Shown one piece after another: positions 14,601 through 26,600 of a stretch of 64,000 nucleotides of DNA (its first letter is position 1; each line of letters begins with the position of its first letter). The notes below the pieces were generated by a model that was not told the origin of the DNA, ran no database searches, and saw only the letters and a program-made list of their open reading frames with translations. Source of the DNA: Balanoglossus misakiensis. Its lineage: Eukaryota; Animalia; Hemichordata. Location of the stretch: the NCBI GenBank assembly GCA_040954595.2, contig CM082586.2, forward strand, positions 9,021,337 to 9,085,336, given 5' to 3'. The position numbers were made by a program, and so were the translations under genes.

Positions 14601-17600
14601 CTGGCCATGAGGGCCATAGCGGCCGTTTATTACACCCGAGGGGCTGTGAGTTACCAGAATCATATGCGGCCGAGGGAAATAGCATATGATTCTGGTAACT
14701 CACAGTCACGAGGGGGTAAAAACGGCTGCTATGGCCCGAATATAGGCCAGGCTATAGGTGTTTTATAATAAACCTCATGCTAACAGCTGGGAAAATCTTG
14801 CAATTTTTTCTTGAGGCTGGCAGACGACATCTTCAGTGGTGGCCATTGTGTCAGACGACGCGACGCTGATTGACGTGACCGAGTCTGCGCACTCACGCGG
14901 GTCACGTGACCGGTTTATATTTTTTCTGCTATTTCCCTAGCGGTTCATAGTCGATTCTATTTTCCTATCACGTGACGGATTCTGGCGAATCACGGCACAG
15001 TATTAGCATGAGGTATATTATAAATGTACATATATGTGGGTGTGTCATGTTTCATATCTTTTCCCGCTCACACACATTTATCTTTCCTTTCTAAAATAAA
15101 ATTGAAATGACTATCTCCTGCACTGTGACATAACTATGTGCTTGGAATGTGGGCTTGCAGATTTATTTGGGGATGGTGGGGGGGGGGGGGAGGAAATAAG
15201 AATGAGTGGAACCTTGAAATGAACAATCCCATACATGGTAACTTCACTATAGTAATAGTTACCTTCTTGAGTGCAGCAATTTTCCATACCATTGACTTCC
15301 ATCCTTTCTGCTTCAACTGTCTCCTCAGTGTGCTCTGTTTCCAAATCACAGTCTGTCATGTTGATGTCTTCCCCTGTACTATGCTGTGTCTGTCTTGTAT
15401 CTTCTATTGGTATACTGCAACGGGTCTCCTCAGCATTGCTACCATGTAATGTTATGTTCCTTTCAGGTACACTTGTCGGCTCGATGTCATTCATGTCCAT
15501 GGTGATATCAGGGGCAAGTTTATCATCTTCTACTGAGAGGATGTGTTCATGGGAACCAGGATCAATCAACAAGTCATGGTCATCATCATCTACACCAATT
15601 GGATGCTCTGGAATTTCCTCGGATTCTATAAGGTAGTATAAAATATTGACATTTTTTGTAGTGCTTGTATTATATAGTGTTATTTCAAAATTTATTACTG
15701 TTATAGACTAATCATAATTCAAAAATAATTTCAAACGTTCATTTAACTAAGCCGTTCCAGCCAGTATTTATGTCACTCAATTTTGCTAAATCAGGCGAGA
15801 AGCAACACATTTCGCCCATTAGATATACTTTCATTGAATTCATGTGGTATTGAAAGTTGAACATGGCTGGGTATATATAGGTCAATTAATTTTGACAGGC
15901 TGAAGTGAAAGAAATTCATATTTTTGAAAGTAATGTTTCCCCCAAAATTATATGCATACAGATGAAGTCACTTATTTGATTTGACTGTGATGTAATATGC
16001 TCTTACGTCTGCTATCATCTTGAAAGCCTGTGACAGTGAGGCTACCACTTCTTTCACCATTGCTGTCATAGAGCTTTATCTTGTGGATTGGTAAAGCAAT
16101 TGCTTCACTTCTTACTCTGTCCACACAATCTTACCAACACCTGTTGATATCACATTGTACCTTTTGCAGAGATTATTGTGTTGTATTGGGACTCCGTACG
16201 CCATGAAGTCTAGTCAACAGAGTGCCAAAACGAGGCAACTCACTTTATTACCATAAGTCAACATAGAGGGCAGTATTACAGATAGTAATGTACAAGGCAT
16301 TCAAAGTAACATACATTACACGCCCCTTTTTTACAAATGGGTGACCGGTAATACAAGTGTGAACAATTCAGGATGTTTGACAATGTGAAGACATTTTTCT
16401 TATAACTCGGGAAAGCACCAAAAAAGTTCAGAACAATAATACAAAGAAGTGGTATCTCAAATACAATGCAAGTCAATTCTTTATAACACAGAAAACTACA
16501 AATCTAATTGAACTTTTCCTTTTGATACTCGGCCATAACGAGTAGTGACATCCGGTCGGATTTTCACTTGATCATGTTTGAGCTTTGTGTGGGCAGTAGT
16601 GTTGGGTGGGGTGGTATGTGGTGTGTCTGAAAATGTGGATTCAGAAAGACGGTTGGAAACTGGTACAGGTTTGGAACAAGATTCCTGTAGATATTCATCA
16701 ATATCAGGTAAATCTGGTGGTGGTGGGTTTTCAGATGTTGGGTACATATGTCTGCGATTTCTTTTGTACACCTTTCCAGACTGACTTTCAACTAACACAG
16801 ATCTGGGCTGTGGAAGTGATTCCTTTACAACACCATATTCCCATTTAGCATGTGGGTTACGAAATCTGACTGGCTGACCTGGGACAGGCTGTGCAATATT
16901 ATGACGTGCTGTTCTGTCATAATAGTATTTCTGCTTGAGCTGTCTAGCTTTCAAGTGATTTGTCATGGGAGGGACTATATGAGGTTTTGTCAAGTTTTCC
17001 GCTGTGGGAAGTTTGGACTTCAAGATTCTGCTCTTAAGCAATTGACTGGGTGATAAACCATTTGTTCCATCTAGGGGAGTATTGCGAAACTCTAGCAATG
17101 AAACATAGGGGTCTTGACCACTTTTATATGCCTTTTTCATCAGACGTTTGACTGATTTTACAGCATTTTCAACTTGGCCATTGGATTGTGAATAACCTGG
17201 GCTGATCTTGATGTGGTTAAATTCCCAATCATGAGCAAATTTACGGTATTCACGATTGTCATAACATGGACCGTTATCACTAATGACAGTATCAGGGATT
17301 CCTTCACGAGCAAATACAGATTTTGTTGCGGATATAACTGCATTCGCTGTTTTGTTTGGGAGCTTTATTACTTCTGGGAACTTTGAGTGATAATCAATAA
17401 TGACCAAATAATCATCTGATCCTAATTCGAACAAATCAGTACCAACTTTGGACCATGGGGTAGTTGGTATCTCGTGGGGGATCATCGGTTCTCGAGAACG
17501 CTTGGGACGAAATTCCATACAGACTGAGCATTTAGATATCATGTCTTCAATCTCGTTGTTGATACATGGCCAAAATAGTATTGAGCGGGCTCTTTGTTTT

Positions 17601-20600
17601 GTTTTTACAATTCCTTGATGGCTGGCGTGTAGTTTTTGCATGATTTCTGGACGCATACTTGCTGGAATAATGACTTGGTTGTTGCGGAACAATATTCCAT
17701 GGGCATATGTTATTTCATGTCGATATGCATGATATGGTTTGACTTCATCAGAAACATACATTTTATTGTCGGGCCATTTTGAGGTGGCTAGGTCAATGAC
17801 CTTCAACAGCGTTGGGTCACACGTGGTTTCTTCACGTAATTTCTCTAACTTCTGATCTGATATGGGCATTTGATTGATGATACTGAGAACTTCGCGTTCT
17901 GCATCTGACTGTTGTGGAGCATCGATCGGGGCTCGACTCAGCGCATCGGGTATGAGCATTTCTTTACCGGGTTTATACACAATGTGTAGATCATATCTCA
18001 GAAGATTCATGCGCATGCGTTGTAAACGTGGACTCAGTTTATGCAGCGGTTTCTGAAATATACCGACAAGGGGTTTGTGATCGGTTTCGACAGTTGTTTT
18101 GTCTCCATATATATAATCATGAAACCGAGTACATGCAAAGAGAATTGCACTCATCTCCTTTTCGATTGTCGCGTAATTTACTTCTGCATTATTCAGTCTG
18201 CGCGAGGCGTAAGCAACTGGGTGTGAATCTTGGCTTATCATAGCGTCAAAACCTTTGTCACTAGCATCAGTAGAAATTGTGACGGGCTTTTTAGCATCGT
18301 AGAATTTCAGAACGGGAGCATTTGTAGCGACTTCAATCAATTTGTCAAACGCAGCATCATGTCTGGCTTCCAAGCTCCATTCTATTCCTTTTGCAAGAAG
18401 CTCACGTAATGGGGCTGTAAGTGCTGACAAATTTGGCACGAACTTTGCTAGATACACCATGATGCCGAGAAATGTCTGGAGCTCAGATTTGTTTTGCGGC
18501 TTGGACATTTCTGTGAGGGCTCGGATTCTTTCTGGACTTGGTTTCAGTCCTTCACTTGTCAGTAAGTGACCTGAGAATTCGACTTCGTCAACAGCTATTT
18601 CACATTTGCTGCCATTGAGTTTCAATCCGGACTCGCGAACTTTGTCTAGGAATTGACAGAGGTTTTTGTCATGCTCGTCATCACAAGTAGCTTGTAGTAG
18701 CATATCGTCTACAATGACTTCAATACCTTCTAAATCACCAAATTCATCTATCATGGCTCTTTGCCAAATTTCGCTTGCAGAGCTAATACCAAATGGCATT
18801 CTCTTGAACATATATCTACCCCAGGGGGTGTTGAACGTGGTTAGCTTGGAACTCGCGTCGCTAAGTTTGAGTTGCCAATAACCTGACGTGGCGTCGAACT
18901 TGGAAAAAATATTTGCGTCTGGCATTCGCGTTACGACGTCTTCTAACGTGGCGTTTGGAAAGTGCTCACGACGTATTGCTTTGTTTAATTCTTGTGGATC
19001 TAGGCATACGCGCACTTGGCCATTCTTTTTCATGACCACGGTGATTTGACTAACCCAATCGGTTGGCTCGGTGACGGGTTCAATTACATCAAGTAAAACC
19101 ATACGATCTAATTCTGCTTTGACTTTGTCTCTCAATTTGTGAGGGATTTGTCTTGGTGGTAACTGAACTGGGGGTACAGTGGGGTCAATTTGTATGTCAT
19201 ACTCACAGTTGTTCAGACAACCAAGGCCTTCGAATAAATCCTTGTTTTTGTCAAGTAACCTTTGGGCTTGTTTAGTACGCTTTGAGTGTGATTTTTCTGA
19301 AGCAGTTGAAATATTGCCATTCTGTTTGGGGACAGGACCACAGGTTTGTACATGAAATACCCTTTTCAAAAGATTCAACCTTTCACATGTTTCACGACCA
19401 AGGATGGGTACAACATTACCTGTAACAACTTGAAATGTGATGGGGATGGGCTTACTCTGTGTGATTTTGCCATTCACACCTTGTGTATTTACTTTCACTT
19501 TGAGCTGGACTTGGCCAATGGGCTTAATCACATGATTGCTGTATGATTTCAAAGTGATTTGTGAACGCTTCAAATGAATGTGCTTAGGTACCAAAGATTT
19601 CAATACAGACACTGGAATAATATCAACTTGTGAACCACTATCTAGTTTGAAGGATACATTGGTGTCTCCAATGCGACAACTTTGAGACCAGTCTTTTGAT
19701 CTGCTATCAGTTTCAGTTTCAAGGGTTCTGACAGTTAGAGTGTCAATAGTGAACAGTGCGATGTCTTCATCACTGCTATCTGCATGCGTAACTGCTTTCA
19801 CTGCACGCTGGCTACGTTGGTGCTGGCTTGACCTGGCTCGTGACATCGACTGCTGGGCAGGATGTTGTGTTGTGGGGCTGGCACAACGGTTGTTGGTACG
19901 CTGGGCAGTACCTCTACACTTACTTGCAAAGTGGTTTGGTTTTCCGCATTTCCGGCATGTTTTGCCATATGCTGGGCATTTTCTAGAATCGTGTTCATAG
20001 GGACAGTTCGGACACTGCCTGTTCGGAGATTGCCTATTCCCCGCGGGAGGTCGACGCGTAAACTTCTGGTGGGACTTACCACGTGACTGTTTACCGCCTG
20101 CACGCTTGACGTCGTGTACATCAACTGGACTATCGTTATCGATGAAAGAGAGTGATCTCATCTGATCTGCGGATAGTTCTGCTGCTTTGCAGGTGTTGAC
20201 TGCATTCTGCAGTGTGAGGTCGTCAGTTCGTAGAAGTCTTTCTCGGACTTTCTCATCTCTGATTCCACACACTATGCGATCACGAAGAAATTCATCCGCC
20301 AAATCTTGGGGTAAACTGCAGTCTTTGAGCAACGTGCGTAATGACGTCAAATAGTCCGTGAACGACTCGTTGATTTTCTGTTGTCTTGAGTTGAATAAAT
20401 AACGGTTTACGGTTATGTTTTTTCTTGGCTCACAATAACCGGCGAACTTTTCGATGACTGGATCGATTTTGTGTTCATCTCTGGGATCAGCGAACTCGAA
20501 CGTGTCGAAGACTTGCCGCGCAGCGGTACCAGCTACATGTAGAAATGTGGCGACTTGTACGGCCTCTTCTTTTTTGTCCAGTTCTGCTGCCGTGGCGAAC

Positions 20601-23600
20601 GTTTCCCAACTGCGACGAAACTCCTTCCAGTTTTGCGCAACGTTACCATCTAGGCTTAGATGTGCTGGAGGTTTCAGTTGAATGTTGGATTGAGCCATTT
20701 TCCTCAACTTCTGACACCATGTGTTGTATTGGAACTCCGTACGCCATGAAGTCTAGTCAACAGAGTGCCAAAACGAGGCAACTCACTTTATTACCATAAG
20801 TCAACATAGAGGGCAGTATTACAGATAGTAATGTACAAGGCATTCAAAGTAACATACATTACAATTATGACCGGAAATGATGCAGATGAGGTCCTGGTTC
20901 CTATTGAAATAAACAGGTAAGGAGATTGATCAAACATTCTTTATATAACAGTTTACACACAACACCAATGGCTAATGTAAGTACTATAATCTTGGACAAT
21001 TTTTACAATAGAATTTTCCAAAATAAATAAGGATTTGCAAGCTGTTAAAGGGACAAAGTCTCTCTCTCTCGCTGCCCTTTTCCCATTAATATTATGTTTC
21101 ATTCAAGACACTGTTTATGTTAATGTACATGTGGATATATACTGAATGAACATTCAACCACACACACCTTCCATCCCGCTTGTAGACACGAGAGTGAAAA
21201 ACCTTGCCAAAATGAACAATCGGTCTCTACCATTTATTCATTTTGGGCGAGTTTTTACTCTCATATACAAGCATGGTGGAACTTGTGTGTGGTTGAACGT
21301 TCATTCACTACATATACACATGTACATTAACATAAATGGTGTTTTGTATCAAACACAAAAAGAAAAAGGGCAGCGAGTGAGAGACCTTTTTAGAAAGCCA
21401 TAAAACATGTGGGATATCCGAGAATAGTTCTATTATTTGTAAAAATGGAGGTTGCTCGTCACAAAAAATAACAGAACCTGCTTGACAGAAAAGTTCCATG
21501 AAAAAGACAGGGCATGTATAGATGTAATTTTTGATGCTTTGATACTATATTTTAGATTAGTTTTTCCTGTCCCAAAACACCATGCAATCTGTTGTATTAT
21601 GTCTGCATATAATCAACATTAATTGTTATTGAAAAGAAATAAAAGTGTGAGTTAAAATATTTGGGACTAAATTGCACTGCAGATACCTTGAAATCATCCT
21701 GGGTATCAGAGTTAAAAACTCTATTGCTTCCTCATGTCTCTGCCACAATGCACCTTCTCCTGGCAGCAAGAAATCTGCAATCCTTTCATAGTGGCTTTGC
21801 AGTAGTGTTGGTCGTCGCAGTATTTCGTCCTCAGGGATTACTGTATTCTGACGTTTTGGGAGCTGCTTTCCAATTTTGCTAATTTCAGATTCTATAATTT
21901 GTGATGGATCTCTTTCTTTTGTCATCTCTTCTTCTGCACCTAGACGTATCATGGCATTACCTATGATACCACCTGGACGCTTGGAGGAAGTTGTTTTCGT
22001 CACTCTCCGTATTCGATTGAAAACTCGCTCCTGGTTTTCAGCATTTGTTGACCTCAGAGAAACCAATCTCAGTTGATCAGGTAGATGGACGGTGATGTTA
22101 TGGAAATACCGCCCGAACATCTTTCGTTTGGTAAGTTTCTTTGGCTTCTCAAATACCCTTTTGCACAATATTCCATGCAAAAATACAGTGTTATACAATC
22201 GCAGAATCAGTCGTGGGCATCTGTCATTGTCATGTTTATAAGCAGTTTCGCTTATTTCAGCAAGCGTGTCAATAAGCTGACCATGCTCAGTATTTATGTT
22301 GTTCTCGTGAAGATACTGGGACACCAGAAGGATAGCTTTGCGTGCATCGCATCCCCGAATTTCGTCTTTACCACCATATGTTGCCTGAATAAAGTTCTGT
22401 AACTTTACTGCTTCTTCTTTATCCTTGGTTTGTGCTGGAATTTCTTCTAACACATTGTGGATGTGTCCCTTCAGGTCATGGAGTGGCTCTGATGGCAAAA
22501 TTTCATATGCAGAGCAGTTTATTTCAGCAAGATTATATTCTGGAGTGAGATGGAGCAGTGCTGGTACTCTCTGCATACCATGTAAAATTTCAGAGAGTTT
22601 AGATTGTAAGTCTGGCTTCTTTAATCCTTCAGTTTCTTCACCCCTAGCATCAAGCTCTCTCCTAAGGTCGGCCACTGTTAAGTTGGCAAATGGATGGGAA
22701 GTTTGCCGTGACTTTTCTCTCCATATTGGGCTGCCCTTGATTAACAAGTTACGTTTCTCATCTATTGACAGATATTTCAGATGGTAACATGCAGACAGAT
22801 CATCATGTCTTCTTGACTCTATTCCACAGATGCACTGGTAGTGACCTCCTTTCTGGTGCTAATCCTCAAACTCCTGTGCCGGTCCATCGCCATGAAAAAA
22901 TCGGTGGACATCTGTGTATTCCCTGGAACCTTCGTCGGATGTTATTGGTCCTGTTGCACATTTTAGATCTTCTACTCTGGTTTCAACATATGACAGCTGA
23001 TCAACGTCATTGGAGTTGGATCGTCCCATTATATATAGATGTGGCTTCTCAACAAGCGAGTCAACGTTTACTTTTTTTCCGTGTTTCTCCAAGTACTCCT
23101 CATTTGTCAGATATGTTGCCGCGTCGTATATCCAGCTCACCATGAAGACAATGTGGGAATGGTTGCCTACAGTACTGTGGTCATGCCATATTTTGAAGTG
23201 CCGTGAGTGATGTAGTCTTTTTAATTTACTGCGCATTTCATCGATGGTTTCTCCTTCTTTCAACTCGTGTATTCTTTGTAGCTCATCCCTTATTTCTTTT
23301 TCTTCTAGGTTTTGGTAATGACCGTCGTCATACCCATAAACATGGCTTCTCAGAACACCAAGCTTAATTTGTCTGTCAAGCTCTCGTTTTCGGATTGTCT
23401 GTAAGTTTATTTTTCTAGCGTAGATTGTATAAGTTTCTTCTTTTAATTTGCCATCTTTTCCAATGGTCATCTTTTGGAACTCTTTTGGTGCTATTAATTC
23501 ACCGATGTCGATTTCGCCACTTCTTATTTTTGTTTTCAATATTTCTTGCAGGGCTCTTGCTGGTCGGTGTTGAGGAAGTGACACCTCCCCCAAGACCTTT

Positions 23601-26600
23601 CAATGTTTTACGGTGTACTCTTCTGACAAAATCTCGACCTTGAACCTTCTTATTGATATTGAACTTGTCAGTGTCGATGCCAGCTGAGGTTGCGTACTCT
23701 TTCAGTATTTGGCCACCATTTGCAGCTGTTAGCCCGTACTTTCTCGCAAGGCTACTCCAGTTGACCTTGCCAGCATCATAATTGGAAAGTTCACTTACAA
23801 ATGAGCTTTTGTCCCATTCAACAGACTCTGTTTTTACAACATGGTCTTTTGGTGTCAGCTTGTTGAGGGATTCTAGTTGTAGACGGCGATTTACTCGCTT
23901 CTTGGCAGAATCGGTAGACTCAAAGTCAACAGACCGTCAACATGATTCGTAGCAAGCAAATGACTGACCGGATCCTAGGATTGTTTTTAAATCTCCGTCA
24001 TTTTTAGCGTGGGATTTTTCGATGCTTTGCTTGACATTAGTATAAAGTGCTCGTCTGTCTTTCTTTTTCTGTTCTTTGCTGATTTTTGTCTGTAGCTTGA
24101 ACCCCGGAACTTTGAGAAGCGCTTCACTGAAAGGTGTTGAGTACACTTTATTGTATGACTCCTCTACTCGCTGATATAGCTGTCCGGCAGTTCTTACGGT
24201 AGATTTAAGAGGGACAGTCAGCTTTGTCTCATGTGGATTTTGTAGTTGTTGCATCTCTCCCATTGCATCTTCAATTACCTCAACAGTCGAGAAGGGAAGA
24301 CTTTTGATATGTTTCTGATAGTACTTGTTCAAAAGCAGAACATCAACATTGCTACTTTGGCACTCTTGACAGTCAAGTGCTGTGTGTAGGATTTGCCTTG
24401 ATAAAGGCAGTTTTTGCCAACTAGTTGCAGAAAAATACTGTAGAAATACTGACATTTTTCCTGGAATTCAACCATTGAACTGAAGCACTTAGTGTTTTCT
24501 CAAATCGTGGCAGTTTAAATTTAAACTGGTAACTTGCATATTTCTGCTGTTAGCCATGATATCCTGATATTTGGCATACCTTTGTCCAATGGATATGTTG
24601 TAAACAGGCATAAATCTTGATGTATTTTCAGCCTTTTCCTGAGTAGACTTTTCGGAATTAGAAAGCTCTTTTGTTGCTCTTGCAGCTATGGCCATAAAAT
24701 AACCACAAAATGCCATGATGACATGCCAACTGAACAAGTGCATACCTCCAAATAACAGCTGAAGGGATCATCTGCTGCAATTTGAATATGGCGCCAATTT
24801 TACATGAACAAAGGAAAAGTTGAACTTTGACCTTTCAAGACGCACTATTTTGATGGGGTAAAATGAAAACCATGTACTCACCAGATTGAAGTTGAAATAA
24901 AGGTTTATTTCCCTCATATAATGTTGTCATGGCTTGTTAAATAAGTGAATGAGTGACAGTAATTACTACTTGTGGCTAAAAATCATCCCAAACTGATTGG
25001 GAATTATGTATGTTCACGATTTTCTGAACTGTAGCGACACTAAAATGATCTTGAACGCGGGCGGGCGCTAATGGTAGCGTCCATGTCAGTTGCTAGGATA
25101 CGCGTATACGATCAGCTGATTTTACCCACAATGCATCACGCCAACTAAGGCATTACGTAATGGCACCCCTGGACGAGCGTCCCAGGGTAAGGATAATTTA
25201 CGAGGCGGAAAATACGAAAAATCCACCGCTAAACAGCTTTATTTTCTGACACCTCTGGTCGTAATCGAAGGTTAACATGTTTGCCCATTTCAAGATTACG
25301 ATACTGTGTTTGAAAACGAAGTTAATGATTCAGCATAACCCTATAAATGTTGGAATTTTGGCTGCCGGTCAATGGGTAGTCGATAATCTACATCGTCAAA
25401 ATATTATGGCAGCGAAATACACTACAGTATGAGTCCTATCAGAGAAAGTTGACGGGTCATAAGGTGAAACTAAAAAATAATAATGGGATTGTGAGCATCT
25501 AGCGGTGGATTTTTGGCCTTCTTTTAAGAATATCATTTTCGACCCCCAAAATGCCACTATTTGTCACATGATAATAGTTTTGGAGGTTTTCTCGGAAATG
25601 TCTCATTTTATTTGCTTGTCTTGAACATGAATTACATCAACTGATTGGCTGGTGTGGTTACAATTGTTTATTATGCTCGATTAACGTATTCAGTCTGTCG
25701 ATAGAGGGCGCCCACGCCTTAACGTACACGAGAATGGCGTTCCACCGGAAGTATCACCATGGTTGCCTACTTACTTCACAATTTCATTTTTATAGATCGA
25801 TCGCCAAAAATTGAGATTATCCGAATTATTTTATACGTAATCATAATTTACGCGTACAAGTGTCGTTTGTTGTTCCGAACGTATGTTCCACACGTATGCC
25901 ACGTCACGTGACAAGGACGTTAGCCAATCACATGAAGCAACATCTGCATGATACTATCGAATCAGAGCGCGAGCTCAAACGGATTAGGAGAGACATCTTG
26001 ACCGCGTCTCTGAAAAGCCAAAGGTCAATTGTTTAAATGATAAAAAGGATTTAGCAAAGTTCACATCAAAATAGAGGAAAAATATGCACCTATCTATTAT
26101 GTTGTTGATTGATTCATTCCAAGGTGTACATTAAGAACTGTCCCTCATTTGACTTAATAATCCAAATTACACAAACAATAAACGCATAAATTTTATTGTT
26201 ATTAATGAAAATACTGGTAGAGTTGATAAGCTGAATACTGGACATTTAAGCATATCTCAATTTGCAAATATAGAACTGGAAGTGAACATAGTATCAATAC
26301 CCAAACAACATGAAAATCACGCACCCTTTTTTAAAACTCTAGACCAAGGTAAAATAATTGCCTGAACATTTTTCATCAGATCCCTTCTATATTTCCAAAC
26401 AATTCTTGAACACAAATCCAAAATCCAATGGTCACATAATCTAATCCAAACACACCCTTCAAATAAATCTATGTCATATAATCCAATCAAAGCACATATT
26501 TCAAATACATTTACATCCAACAATTGTGGAATTAGAAAATGTGGAATTGAAAGTCTCTAGAGCTGCCACTTTTTAGCATTAATTTCCAACTTAAATTAGT

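Larger units (their letters stand above)
16177..20863 (-). mobile_element. complete young Ty3/gypsy LTR retrotransposon (Mag-like)
   Basis: Two 144-bp TG..CA LTRs with a single mismatch, 5-bp TSD ATTAT (16172-16176 and 20864-20868), PBS, PPT and an intact gag-pol ORF. Confidence 0.98.
14033..24743 (-). pseudogene. decayed large transposase with RAG1/Transib/Chapaev-like catalytic motifs and a SAP-like insertion
   Basis: Motif order KIWHDHS, FFHGDGPAQEFE, GGHYQCIC, SAP-like LTVADLRRELDARG, EPLHDLKGH, YFHNITVHLP, NAENQERVF. Downstream exons at ~20901-20864 plus 16171-16007 (split by gypsy), ~15630-15262 and ~14464-14033. Several in-frame stops and frameshifts; termini not resolved. Confidence 0.7.

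Noticed and set aside
12850-25722. Blocks 12850-13390 and 25150-25720 as long terminal direct repeats
   Set aside because: Only short words are shared (GAAAACGAAGTT, CCCACGCC); no co-linear similarity is visible.
26280-26530. Possible L1/Tx1 LINE remnant
   Set aside because: Only a weak PWSRV-like word; too degraded to support.
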